Of a stretch of DNA of 64,000 nt, positions 1 through 14,000 are shown piece after piece. The translations under genes and the position numbers were made by a program. A model generated the notes under the pieces. It had not been told where the DNA came from. It saw only the letters and a list, made by a program, of their open reading frames with translations, and searched no databases. How positions within the stretch are numbered: position 1 is the stretch's first letter; every line of letters begins with the position of its first letter. Location: NCBI GenBank assembly GCA_964016885.1, contig OZ024740.1, forward strand, positions 245,210,001 to 245,274,000. The letters run 5' to 3'. Source of the stretch: Eledone cirrhosa (lineage: Eukaryota).

Positions 1-588
1 GTTTACAAACACACCGAGCATTATAATAAATGTTCGGTAAACCCATACGTACATATATATATGTGTGCATGTATGTATATATATATACATACTACTGTAT
101 GTCTGTATACATATATGTATGTACGTGTACATACTTATATTTAAGTAACAGCCGTACTAACAGTGAGAAATGAAATTTCGTTTCATTTTTTCCGTTTATC
201 GTTTTCGGTACCCCGGCCGATTAACTCACTTGACATATTAGGCTGCTCAGTCGTTAATATGCATAAGGAAAGTATATACTTTCAGACGTTCAACCATCTG
301 GCAGGAAGATATACGTTGCTGACGATAGCTAATAAGCTTGAAACTAGTACAGCGTTCCTTTGTCCGTGTTGAACAAATTTAATTCGGGATGTTTGTTTAC
401 AAACACACCGAGCATTATAATAAATGTTCGGTGAATCCATACGTACATATTATATGTAGTCATGTATGTATATATATATATACATACTACTGTACGTCTG
501 TATACATATATGTATGTACGTATACATACTTATATTTAAGTAACAGCCGTACTAACAGTGAGAAATGAAACTTCGTTTCATTTTTTCC

Positions 589-592
<4 letters not shown>
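1..592 (+). mobile_element. HHR-containing ~394-bp tandem repeat (retrozyme / PLE pLTR-like), family A copy 1 (about 1.5 units, cut by window edge)
   Basis: GTTTACAAACACACCGAGC recurs at 1 and 395 (period 394). Homologous copies lie at 30755-31270 (-) and 62059-62460 (+). Contains an HHR at 313-355 and ends in (TA)n. Confidence 0.75.
313..355 (+). ncRNA. Minimal type I hammerhead ribozyme (family A)
   Basis: ACGTTG-CTGACGA-T-AGCT(AATA)AGCT-T-GAAA-CTAG-TA-CAGCGT: stem I ACGTTG/CAGCGT, CUGANGA core, stem II hairpin, GAAA, palindromic stem III, GUA cleavage triplet. Confidence 0.85.
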
Positions 593-645
<53 letters not shown>

Positions 646-754
646 GGTGGACATGTTTGTATTGATAAAGAGTAAATGAAAAATAAAATTTATGGAAGCT
701 TTATGGCTTTAATGTTTATATTCACACACACACAGACGCGCGCACACACACGAG

Positions 755-815
<61 letters not shown>

Positions 816-1839
816 TAATGCATGTGTGTGTGCGCGCGTGCATAAACGTGTCTTTGTGTGCATGTACGCGCGTGTCAGTATTTTAGTTCTGGAAGCCTGT
901 CTTGTATGTCAGGATATTTTTCTCCGTTGACATTTAAACTCTAATATACAGCAGTAATATAAAGATGGTGTTTATCATAATATATATGAAGTGTGTGTGT
1001 TTAAAAAAGAAGGAGAGGGAGAAAATAGTTGTGGGGTAAGGGTGAATATTTTGAAATGCATGTCTTATAAAAGTCACTCAGTGCATGTTCCTCTAAAAGG
1101 AAAAAAAAACATATCTGTAGGTCATTGAGTTCAATTCACGACTCATCTCTATAAGTGAAACAACAGCTGTAACCGATACGCCTGATGTTTTATATCCGAA
1201 TAGAAGCGAAGAAGCAACTGGGTGAGTTGCTCAGTCAAGCTTTTTTCGTCGTCACAAATCTGGTTCCAATCCACACTACACATGAAATTAGAGAAGCTAG
1301 ATCTCATTTATTAATATAACAATATATGAATAACAGGTTTTATTCTAATTAACGTTGTTTGCATTGCTTTTACACGTACGTCAATAACTTGTAAAAGACG
1401 AAAGTTAACTGGCTCCACTATTTGTCAAAATCCTTTACGTTCTTTCCTCTACTAAACTGAGAAATACTTTAAACAGCTAAACAGCGTGCACTATACTTCC
1501 TCCTCTTTATCAAGACTACAGTCTGAACTATTACTTCGAGGTCTTTTTAATTACTAATCTTTAATGTTTCACAAGAAATATCAAAGAAACGACTCTAACT
1601 TCCTCATTAGTTTCCCGAAAATATTATACAGTCAAGGCATTAACATATATATATATATATATAATGTATATATACAGATCCGTAACTCCTGTTGGAATCA
1701 TAGAGGCGCCGTCGTGTCATAGGGTGACTCTTGGGTAATTTAAACATGGCGGAGCCCATCCTTTTCCTTGTCTGAACGATTATTTCCAGAGACAGAGAGA
1801 GGGAGGGGGTAATAAACGAGAAAGTAAGAAAGTGATATA

Positions 1840-1940
1840 AAGACGAATCAACCCAGTACTGGACTGGTACTTTTTTTTATCGATGTTGAAAGAATGAAAA
1901 GTAAAGTTGACTTGGGTGAGATTTGAACTGGGAGCCAGAA
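1840..1940 (-). mobile_element. tRNA-derived SINE fragment (family S1)
   Basis: Reverse complement matches GTTCAAATC...AACTTT...TTTCAT...TCGATAAAA...GTACCAGT seen in the copies at 34458-35052. Confidence 0.7.
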
Positions 1941-1984
1941 GGAATATCACATAAAACCGTTAGATCATCGGACAAACGTTTAGC

Positions 1985-2095
1985 AGTAAATGTTGTGAGT
2001 TCAAACACCGCCGAGGTCGACTTTGTCTTTTATCCTTTCGAAGTCGATAAAATAAAGTACTAAAAGTAGATTTAATTGACTTTCCCCCAAATTAC
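1985..2095 (+). mobile_element. tRNA-derived SINE (family S1) abutting the giant minisatellite
   Basis: GAGTTCAAACACCGCCGAGGTCGACTTTG...GTCGATAAAATAAAGTAC...GATTTAATTGACTTTCCCCCAAATT matches the S1 consensus seen at 34713-34830. Confidence 0.8.
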
Positions 2096-5000
2096 TGATG
2101 TTGTTGGTACTGTTGCTACTGCTGTTGATGTTGTTGGTACTGTTGCTACTGCTGATGTTGTTGTTGGTACTGTTGCTACTGCTGATGATGTTGTTGGTAC
2201 TGTTGCTACTGCTGATGATGTTGTTGTTGGTACTGTTGCTACTGCTGATGATGATGTTGGTACTGTTGCTACTGCTGATGATGTTGTTGGTACTGTTGCT
2301 ACTGCTGATGATGATGTTGTTGGTACTGTTGCTACTGCTGATGTTGTTGTTGGTACTGTTGCTACTGCTGATGATGTTGTTGGTACTGTTGCTACTGCTG
2401 ATGATGTTGGTACTGTTGCTACTGCTGATGATGTTGTTGGTACTGTTGCTACTGCTGATGATGATGTTGTTGGTACTGTTGCTACTGCTGATGTTGTTGT
2501 TGGTACTGTTGCTACTGCTGATGATGTTGTTGGTACTGTTGCTACTGCTGATGATGTTGTTGTTGGTACTGTTGCTACTGCTGATGATGTTGTTGTTGGT
2601 ACTGTTGCTACTGCTGTTGGTGATGTTGTTGGTACTGTTGCTACTGCTGATGGTGATGTTGTTGGTACTGTTGCTACTGCTGGTGGTGATGTTGTTGGTA
2701 CTGTTGCTACTGCTGCTGGTGATGTTGTTGGTACTGTTGCTACTGCTGATGATGATGTTGTTGGTACTGTTGCTACTGCTGATGATGTTGTTGTTGGTAC
2801 TGTTGCTACTGCTGATGATGTTGTTGTTGGTACTGTTGCTACTGCTGATGATGTTGTTGTTGGTACTGTTGCTACTGCTGATGAAGTTGTTGGTACTGTT
2901 GCTACTGCTGATGATGTTGTTGTTGGTACTGTTGCTACTGCTGATGGTGATGTTGTTGCTACTGCTGATGATGTTGTTGTTGGTACTGTTGCTACTGCTG
3001 ATGTTGTTGTTGGTACTGTTGCTACTGCTGATGTTGTTGTTGTTGGTACTGTTGCTACTGCTGATGATGTTGTTGGTACTGTTGCTACTGCTGATGATGA
3101 TGTTGGTACTGTTGCTACTGCTGATGATGTTGTTGGTACTGTTGCTACTGCTGATGATGTTGTTGGTACTGTTGCTACTGCTGATGTTGTTGTTGTTGGT
3201 ACTGTTGCTACTGCTGATGATGTTGTTGGTACTGTTGCTACTGCTGATGATGTTGTTGTTGGTACTGTTGCTACTGCTGGTGGTGATGTTGTTGGTACTG
3301 TTGCTACTGCTGATGATGATGTTGTTGTTGGTACTGTTGCTACTGCTGATGTTGTTGTTGGTACTGTTGCGACTGCTGATGTTGTTGTTGTTGGTACTGT
3401 TGCTACTGCTGATGATGTTGTTGGTACTGTTGCTACTGCTGATGATGATGTTGGTACTGTTGCTACTGCTGATGTTGTTGTTGTTGGTACAGTTGCTACT
3501 GCTGATGATGATGATGTTGGTACTGTTGCTACTGCTGCTGATGATGTTGTTGGTACTGTTGCTACTGCTGATGATGTTGTTGGTACTGTTGCTACTGCTG
3601 ATGATGTTGTTGGTACTGTTGCTACTGCTGATGTTGTTGTTGTTGGTACTGTTGCTACTGCTGATGATGTTGTTGGTACTGTTGCTACTGCTGATGATGT
3701 TGTTGGTACTGTTGCTACTGCTGATGATGTTGTTGGTACTGTTGCTACTGCTGATGATGTTGTTGTTGCTACTGTTGCTACTGCTGATGATGTTGTTGGT
3801 ACTGTTGCTACTGCTGATGATGTTGTTGGTACTGTTGCTACTGCTGATGTTGTTGTTGTTGGTACTGTTGCTACTACTGATGATGTTGTTGGTACTGTTG
3901 CTACTGCTGATGATGTTGTTGTTGGTACTGTTGCTACTGCTGATGATGTTGTTGGTACTGTTGCTGCTGCTGATGTTGTTGTTGTTGGTACTGTTGCTAC
4001 TGCTGATGTTGTTGTTGGTACTGTTGCTACTGCTGATGTTGTTGTTGGTACTGTTGCTACTGCTGCTGTTGTTGTTGGTACTGTTGCTACTGCTGATGAT
4101 GTTGTTGGTACTGTTGCTACTGCTGCTGTTGTTGGTATTGTTGCTACTGCTGATGATGTTGTTGGTACTGTTGCTACTGCTGATGATGTTGTTGTTGGTA
4201 CTGTTGCTACTGCTGATGTTGTTGTTGGTACTGTTGCTACTGCTGATGATGTTGTTGTTGGTACTGTTGCTAATGCTGATGATGTTGTTGTTGGTACTGT
4301 TGCTACTGCTGATGTTGTTGTTGGTACTGTTGCTACTGCTGATGATGTTGTTGTTGGTACTGTTGCTACTGCTGATGATGTTGTTGTTGGTACTGTTGCT
4401 ACTGCTGATGTTGTTGTTGGTACTGTTGCTACTGCTGATGATGTTGTTGTTGGTACTGTTGCTACTGCTGATGTTGTTGTTGGTACTGTTGCTACTGCTG
4501 ATGATGTTATTGTTGGTACTGTTGCTACTGCTGATGATGTTGTTGTTGGTACTGTTGCTACTGCTGATGATGTTGTTGGTACTGTTGCTACTGCTGATGA
4601 TGTTGTTGGTACTGTTGCTACTGCTGATGATGTTGTTGTTGGTACTGTTGCTACTGCTGATGATGTTGTTGGTACTGTTGATACTGCTGATGATGTTGTT
4701 GGTACTGTTGCTACTGTTGATGATGTTGTTGTTGGTACTGTTGCTACTGCTGATGATGTTGTTGGTACTGTTGCTACTGCTGATGATGTTGTTGGTACTG
4801 TTGCTACTGCTGATGTTGTTGTTGGTACTGTTGCTACTGCTGATGGTGATGTTGTTGGTACTGTTGCTACTGCTGATGATGTTGTTGGTACTGTTGCTAC
4901 TGCTGATGATGTTGTTGGTACTGTTGCTACTGCTGATGATGTTGTTGTTGGTACTGTTGCTACTGCTGATGATGTTGTTGGCACTGTTGCTACTGCTGAT

Positions 5001-8000
5001 GATGTTGTTGTTGGTACTGTTGCTACTGCTGCTGATGTTGTTGGTACTGTTGCTACTGCTGATGATGTTGTTGTTGGTACTGTTGCTACTGCTGTTGATG
5101 TTGTTGTTGGTACTGTTGCTACTGCTGATGATGTTGTTGGTACTGTTGCTACTGCTGTTGATGTTGTTGGTACTGTTGCTACTGCTGATGATGTTGTTGT
5201 TGGTACTGTTGCTACTGCTGATGATGTTGTTGTTGGTACTGTTGCTACTGCTGATGATTTTGTTGGTACTGTTGCTACTGCTGATGTTGTTGTTGTTGGT
5301 ACTGTTGCTACTGCTGATGTTGTTGTTGGTACTGTTGCTACTGCTGATGTTGTTGTTGTTGGTACTGTTGCTACTGCTGTTGATGTTGTTGGTACTGTTG
5401 CTACTGCTGATGTTGTTGTTGGTACTCTTGCTGCTGCTGATGGTGATGATGTTGGTACTGTTGCTACTGCTGATGGTGATGTTGTTGGTACTGTTGCTAC
5501 TGCTGATGGTGATGTTGTTGGTACTGTTGCTACTGCTGATGATGTTGTTGGTACTGTTGCTACTGCTGATGGTGTTGTTGTTGGTACTGTTGCTACTGCT
5601 GATGATGTTGTTGTTGGTACTGTTGCTACTGCTGTTGATGTTGTTGGTACTGTTGCTACTGCTGATGATGTTGTTGTTGGTACTGTTGCTACTGCTGATG
5701 TTGTTGTTGGTACTGTTGCTACTGCTGCTGATGTTGTTGGTACTGTTGCTACTGCTGATGATGTTCGTACTGTTGCTACTGCTGATGTTGTTGTTGGTAC
5801 TGTTGCTACTGCTGATGATGTTGTTGTTGGTACTGTTGCTACTGCTGATGATGATGATGTTGGTACTGTTGCTACTGCTGCTGATGTTGTTGGTACTGTT
5901 GCTACTGCTGATGATGTTGTTGGTACTGTTGCTACTGCTGATGTTGTTGTTGTTGGTACTGTTGCTACTGCTGATGTTGTTGTTGGTACTGTTGCTACTG
6001 CTGATGATGTTGTTGGTACTGTTGCTACTGCTGATGTTGTTGTTGGTACTGTTGCTACTGCTGCTGTTGTTGTTGGTACTGATGCTACTGCTGATGATGT
6101 TGTTGTTGGTACTGTTGCTACTGCTGGTGTTGTTGTTGGTACTGTTGCTACTGCTGATAATGTTGTTGTTGGTACTGTTGCTACTGCTGATGATGTTGTT
6201 GGTACTGTTGCTACTGCTGATGATGTTGTTGGTACTGTTGCTACTGCTGATGATGTTGTTGTTGGTACTGTTGCTACTGCTGATGATGATGTTGTTGGTA
6301 CTGTTGCTACTGCTGATGTTGTTGTTGGTACTGTTGCTACTGCTGATGATGTTGTTGGTACTGTTGCTGCTGCTGATTGTGATGTTGTTGGTACTGTTGC
6401 TACTGCTGATGGTGATGTTGTTGGTACTGTTGCTACTGCTGGTGGTGATGTTGTTGGTACTGTTGCTACTGCTGATGATGTTGTTGGTACTGTTGCTACT
6501 GCTGATGATGTTGTTGGTACTGTTGCTACTGCTGATGTTGTTGTTGGTACTGTTGCTACTGCTGCTGATGTTGTTGGTACTGTTGCTACTGCTGATGATG
6601 TTGTTGGTACTGTTGCTACTGCTGATGTTGTTGTTGGTACTGTTGCTACTGCTGATGATGTTGTTGGTACTGTTGCTACTGCTGATGATGTTGTTGGTAC
6701 TGTTGCTACTGCTGATGATGTTGTTGTTGGTACTGTTGCTACTGCTGATGATGATGTTGGTACTGTTGCTACTGCTGATGATGTTGTTGTTGGTACTGTT
6801 GCTACTGCTGATGATGTTGTTGTTGGTACTGTTGCTACTGCTGATGTTGTTGTTGGTACTGTTGCTACTGCTGATGATGTTGTTGTTGGTCCTGTTGCTA
6901 CTGCTGATGATGTTGTTGGTACTGTTGCTACTGCTGATGATGTTGTTGTTGGTACTGTTGCTACTGCTGATGATGTTGTTGTTGGTACTGTTGCTACTGC
7001 TGATGATGTTGTTGTTGGTACTGTTGCTACTGCTGATGATGTTGTTGTTGGTACTGTTGCTACTGCTGATGATGTTGTTGTTGGTACTGTTGCTACTGCT
7101 GATGTTGTTGTTGGTACTGTTGCTACTGCTGCTGATGTTGTTGGTACTGTTGCTACTGCTGATGATGTTGTTGGTACTGTTGCTACTGCTGATGTTGTTG
7201 TTGGTACTGTTGCTACTGCTGATGATGTTGTTGGTAGTGTTGCTACTGCTGATGTTGTTGTTGGTACTGTTGCTACTGCTGCTGTTGTTGTTGGTACTGA
7301 TGCTACTGCTGATGATGTTGTTGTTGGTACTGTTGCTACTGCTGATGTTGTTGTTGGTACTGTTGCTACTGCTGATGATGTTGTTGGTAGTGTTGCTACT
7401 GCTGATGTTGTTGTTGGTACTGTTGCTACTGCTGCTGTTGTTGTTGGTACTGATGCTACTGCTGATGATGTTGTTGTTGGTACTGTTGCTACTGCTGATG
7501 TTGTTGTTGGTACTGTTGCTACTGCTGATGATGTTGTTGTTGGTACTGTTGCTACTGCTGATGGTGATGTTGTTGGTACTGTTGCTACTGCTGATGATGT
7601 TGTTGTTGGTACTGTTGCTACTGCTGATGTTGTTGTTGGTACTGTTGCTACTGCTGCTGATGTTGTTGGTACTGTTGCTACTGCTGATGATGTTGTTGGT
7701 ACTGTTGCTACTGCTGATGTTGTTGTTGGTACTGTTGCTACTGCTGATGATGTTGTTGGTACTGTTGCTACTGCTGATGATGTTGTTGGTACTGTTGCTA
7801 CTGCTGATGATGTTGGTACTGTTGCTACTGCTGATGATGTTGTTGGTACTGTTGCTACTGCTGATGATGATGTTGGTACTGTTGCTACTGTTGATGATGT
7901 TGTTGTTGGTACTGTTGCTACTGCTGATGATGTTGTTGTTGGTACTGTTGCTACTGCTGATGTTGTTGTTGGTACTGTTGCTACTGCTGATGATGTTGTT

Positions 8001-11000
8001 GTTGGTACTGTTGCTACTGCTGATGATGTTGTTGTTGGTACTGTTGCTACTGCTGATGTTGTTGTTGTTGGTACTGTTGCTACTGCTGATGATGCTGTTG
8101 GTACTGTTGCTACTGCTGATGATGATGTTGGTACTGTTGCTACTGCTGATGATGATGTTGTTGGTACTGTTGCTACTGCTGATGATGTTGTTGGTACTGT
8201 TGCTACTGCTGCTGTTGTTGTTGGTACTGATGCTACTGCTGTTGATGTTGTTGTTGGTACTGTTGCTACTGCTGATGATGTTGTTGGTACTGTTGCTACT
8301 GCTGATGATGTTGTTGTTGGTACTGTTGCTACTGCTGTTGATGTTGTTGGTGCTGTTGCTACTGCTGATGATGTTGTTGGTACTGTTGCTACTGCTGATG
8401 ATGTTGTTGGTACTGTTGCTACTGCTGATGATGTTGTTGGTACTGTTGCTACTGCTGATGATGTTGTTGTTGGTACTGTTGCTACTGCTGATGATGTTGT
8501 TGGTACTGTTGCTACTGCTGCTGTTGTTGTTGTTGGTACTGTTGCTACTGCTGATGATGTTGTTGGTACTGTTGCTACTGCTGATGATGTTGTTGTTGGT
8601 ACTGTTGCTACTGCTGATGTTGTTGTTGTTGGTACTGTTGCTACTGCTGATGATGTTGTTGGTACTGTTGCTACTGCTGATGATGTTGTTGGTACTGTTG
8701 CTGCTGCTGATGATGTTGTTGGTACTGTTGCTACTGCTGATGATGTTGTTGGTACTGTTGCTACTGCTGTTGATGATGTTGGTACTGTTGCTACTGCTGA
8801 TGTTGTTGTTGGTACTGTTGCTACTGCTGTTGATGTTGTTGGTGCTGTTGCTACTGCTGATGATGTTGTTGTTGGTACTGTTGCTACTGCTGATGATGTT
8901 GTTGTTGGTACTGTTGCTACTGCTGATGATGTTGTTGGTACTGTTGCTACTGCTGATGATGTTGTTGTTGGTACTGTTGCTACTGCTGATGTTGTTGTTG
9001 GTACTGTTGCTACTGCTGCTGATGTTGTTGGTACTGTTGCTACTGCTGATGATGTTGTTGGTACTGTTGCTACTGCTGATGTTGTTGTTGGTACTGTTGC
9101 TACTGCTGATGATGTTGTTGGTAGTGTTGCTACTGCTGATGTTGTTGTTGGTACTGTTGCTACTGCTGCTGTTGTTGTTGGTACTGATGCTACTGCTGCT
9201 GATGTTGTTGGTACTGTTGCTACTGCTGATGATGTTGTTGGTACTGTTGCTACTGCTGATGTTGTTGTTGTTGGTACTGTTGCTACTGCTGATGTTGTTG
9301 TTGGTACTGTTGCTACTGCTGATGATGTTGTTGGTACTGTTGCTACTGCTGATGTTGTTGTTGGTACTGTTGCTACTGCTGCTGTTGTTGTTGGTACTGA
9401 TGCTACTGCTGATGATGTTGTTGTTGGTACTGTTGCTACTGCTGGTGTTGTTGTTGGTACTGTTGCTACTGCTGATAATGTTGTTGTTGGTACTGTTGCT
9501 ACTGCTGATGATGTTGTTGGTACTGTTGCTACTGCTGATGATGTTGTTGGTACTGTTGCTACTGCTGATGATGTTGTTGTTGGTACTGTTGCTACTGCTG
9601 ATGATGATGTTGTTGGTACTGTTGCTACTGCTGATGTTGTTGTTGGTACTGTTGCTACTGCTGATGATGTTGTTGGTACTGTTGCTGCTGCTGATTGTGA
9701 TGTTGTTGGTACTGTTGCTACTGCTGATGGTGATGTTGTTGGTACTGTTGCTACTGCTGATGGTGATGTTGTTGGTACTGTTGCTACTGCTGATGATGTT
9801 GTTGGTACTGTTGCTACTGCTGATGATGTTGTTGGTACTGTTGCTACTGCTGATGTTGTTGTTGGTACTGTTGCTACTGCTGCTGATGTTGTTGGTACTG
9901 TTGCTACTGCTGATGATGTTGTTGGTACTGTTGCTACTGCTGATGTTGTTGTTGGTACTGTTGCTACTGCTGATGATGTTGTTGGTACTGTTGCTACTGC
10001 TGATGATGTTGTTGGTACTGTTGCTACTGCTGATGTTGTTGTTGTTGGTACTGTTGCTACTGCTGATGATGATGTTGGTACTGTTGCTACTGCTGATGAT
10101 GTTGTTGTTGGTACTGTTGTTACTGCTGATGATGTTGTTGTTGGTACTGTTGCTACTGCTGATATTGTTGTTGGTACTGTTGCTACTGCTGATGATGTTG
10201 TTGTTGGTCCTGTTGCTACTGCTGATGATGTTGTTGGTACTGTTGCTACTGCTGATGATGTTGTTGTTGGTACTGTTGCTACTGCTGATGATGTTGTTGT
10301 TGGTACTGTTGCTACTGCTGATGATGTTGTTGTTGGTACTGTTGCTACTGCTGATGATGTTGTTGTTGGTACTGTTGCTACTGCTGATGATGTTGTTGTT
10401 GGTACTGTTGCTACTGCTGATGTTGTTGTTGGTACTGTTGCTACTGCTGCTGATGTTGTTGGTACTGTTGCTACTGCTGATGATGTTGTTGGTACTGTTG
10501 CTACTGCTGATGTTGTTGTTGGTACTGTTGCTACTGCTGATGATGTTGTTGGTAGTGTTGCTACTGCTGATGTTGTTGTTGGTACTGTTGCTACTGCTGC
10601 TGTTGTTGTTGGTACTGATGCTACTGCTGATGATGTTGTTGTTGGTACTGTTGCTACTGCTGATGTTGTTGTTGGTACTGTTGCTACTGCTGATGATGTT
10701 GTTGGTAGTGTTGCTACTGCTGATGATGTTGTTGGTACTGTTGCTACTGCTGCTGTTGTTGTTGGTACTGATGCTACTGCTGATGATGTTGTTGTTGGTA
10801 CTGTTGCTACTGCTGATGTTGTTGTTGGTACTGTTGCTACTGCTGATGATGTTGTTGTTGGTACTGTTGCTACTGCTGATGGTGATGTTGTTGGTACTGT
10901 TGCTACTGCTGATGATGTTGTTGTTGGTACTGTTGCTACTGCTGATGTTGTTGTTGGTACTGTTGCTACTGCTGCTGATGTTGTTGGTACTGTTGCTACT

Positions 11001-14000
11001 GCTGATGATGTTGTTGGTACTGTTGCTACTGCTGATGTTGTTGTTGGTACTGTTGCTACTGCTGATGATGTTGTTGGTACTGTTGCTACTGCTGATGATG
11101 TTGTTGGTACTGTTGCTACTGCTGATGATGTTGGTACTGTTGCTACTGCTGATGATGTTGTTGGTACTGTTGCTACTGCTGATGATGATGTTGGTACTGT
11201 TGCTACTGTTGATGATGTTGTTGTTGGTACTGTTGCTACTGCTGATGATGTTGTTGTTGGTACTGTTGCTACTGCTGATGTTGTTGTTGGTACTGTTGCT
11301 ACTGCTGATGATGTTGTTGTTGGTACTGTTGCTACTGCTGATGATGTTGTTGTTGGTACTGTTGCTACTGCTGATGTTGTTGTTGTTGGTACTGTTGCTA
11401 CTGCTGATGATGCTGTTGGTACTGTTGCTACTGCTGATGATGATGTTGGTACTGTTGCTACTGCTGATGATGATGTTGTTGGTACTGTTGCTACTGCTGA
11501 TGATGTTGTTGGTACTGTTGCTACTGCTGCTGTTGTTGTTGGTACTGATGCTACTGCTGTTGATGTTGTTGTTGGTACTGTTGCTACTGCTGATGATGTT
11601 GTTGGTACTGTTGCTACTGCTGATGATGTTGTTGTTGGTACTGTTGCTACTGCTGTTGATGTTGTTGGTGCTGTTGCTACTGCTGATGATGTTGTTGGTA
11701 CTGTTGCTACTGCTGATGATGTTGTTGGTACTGTTGCTACTGCTGATGATGTTGTTGGTACTGTTGCTACTGCTGATGATGTTGTTGTTGGTACTGTTGC
11801 TACTGCTGATGATGTTGTTGGTACTGTTGCTACTGCTGCTGTTGTTGTTGTTGGTACTGTTGCTACTGCTGATGATGTTGTTGGTACTGTTGCTACTGCT
11901 GATGATGTTGTTGTTGGTACTGTTGCTACTGCTGATGTTGTTGTTGTTGGTACTGTTGCTACTGCTGATGATGTTGTTGGTACTGTTGCTACTGCTGATG
12001 ATGTTGTTGGTACTGTTGCTGCTGCTGATGATGTTGTTGGTACTGTTGCTACTGCTGATGATGTTGTTGGTACTGTTGCTACTGCTGTTGATGATGTTGG
12101 TACTGTTGCTACTGCTGATGTTGTTGTTGGTACTGTTGCTACTGCTGTTGATGTTGTTGGTGCTGTTGCTACTGCTGATGATGTTGTTGTTGGTACTGTT
12201 GCTACTGCTGATGATGTTGTTGTTGGTACTGTTGCTACTGCTGATGATGTTGTTGGTACTGTTGCTACTGCTGATGATGTTGTTGTTGGTACTGTTGCTA
12301 CTGCTGATGTTGTTGTTGGTACTGTTGCTACTGCTGCTGATGTTGTTGGTACTGTTGCTACTGCTGATGATGTTGTTGGTACTGTTGCTACTGCTGATGT
12401 TGTTGTTGGTACTGTTGCTACTGCTGATGATGTTGTTGGTAGTGTTGCTACTGCTGATGTTGTTGTTGGTACTGTTGCTACTGCTGCTGTTGTTGTGGGT
12501 ACTGATGCTACTGCTGATGATGTTGTTGTTGGTACTGTTGCTACTGCTGATGTTGTTGTTGGTACTGTTGCTACTGCTGATGATGTTGTTGTTGGTACTG
12601 TTGCTACTGCTGATGGTGATGTTGTTGGTACTGTTGCTACTGCTGATGATGTTGTTGTTGGTACTGTTGCTACTGCTGATGTTGTTGTTGGTACTGTTGC
12701 TACTGCTGCTGATGTTGTTGGTACTGTTGCTACTGCTGATGATGTTGTTGGTACTGTTGCTACTGCTGATGTTGTTGTTGGTACTGTTGCTACTGCTGCT
12801 GTTGTTGTTGGTACTGATGCTACTGCTGATGATGTTGGTACTGTTGCTACTGCTGATGTTGTTGTTGGTACTGTTGCTACTGCTGAATATGTTGTTGGTA
12901 CTGTTGCTACTGCTGATGATGATGATGTTGGTACTGTTGCTACTGCTGATGATGTTGTTGTTGGTACTGTTGCTACTACTGATGATGTTGTTGTTGGTAC
13001 TGTTGCTACTGCTGATGATGTTGGTACTGTTGCTACTGCTGATGTTGTTGTTGGTACTGTTGCTACTGCTGATGATGATGTTGGTACTGTTGCTACTGCT
13101 GATGATGTTGTTGTTGGTACTGTTGCTACTGCTGATGTTGTTGTTGGTACTGTTGCTACTGCTGATGTTGTTGTTGTTGGTACTGTTGCTACTGCTGTTG
13201 ATGTTGTTGGTGCTGTTGCTACTGCTGATGATGTTGTTGTTGGTACTGTTGCTACTGCTGATGATGTTGTTGTTGGTACTGTTGCTACTGCTGATGATGT
13301 TGTTGGTACTGTTGCTACTGCTGATGATGTTGTTGTTGGTACTGTTGCTACTGCTGATGTTGTTGTTGGTAGTGTTGCTACTGCTGTTGTTGTTGTTGGT
13401 ACTGTTGCTACTGCTGATGGTGTTGTTGGTACTGTTGCTACTGCTGATGATGATGTTGGTACTGTTGCTACTGCTGATGATGATGTTGTTGGTACTGTTG
13501 CTACTGCTGATGATGTTGTTGGTACTGTTGCTACTGCTGCTGTTGTTGTTGGTACTGATGCTACTGCTGTTGATGTTGTTGTTGGTACTGTTGCTACTGC
13601 TGATGATGTTGTTGGTACTGTTGCTACTGCTGATGATGTTGTTGTTGGTACTGTTGCTACTGCTGTTGATGTTGTTGGTGCTGTTGCTACTGCTGATGAT
13701 GTTGTTGGTACTGTTGCTACTGCTGATGATGTTGTTGGTACTGTTGCTACTGCTGATGATGTTGTTGGTACTGTTGCTACTGCTGATGATGTTGTTGTTG
13801 GTACTGTTGCTACTGCTGATGATGTTGTTGGTACTGTTGCTACTGCTGCTGTTGTTGTTGTTGGTACTGTTGCTACTGCTGATGATGTTGTTGGTACTGT
13901 TGCTACTGCTGATGATGATGTTGTTGGTACTGTTGCTACTGCTGATGTTGTTGTTGTTGGTACTGTTGCTACTGCTGATGATGATGTTGGTACTGTTGCT

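Noticed and set aside
163-372. Conserved small protein MRNEISF..KLETS in three copies (also 30948-31163, 61973-62257)
   Set aside because: Non-ATG or microsatellite starts and indels between copies. Conservation is explained by the repeat and its ribozyme.
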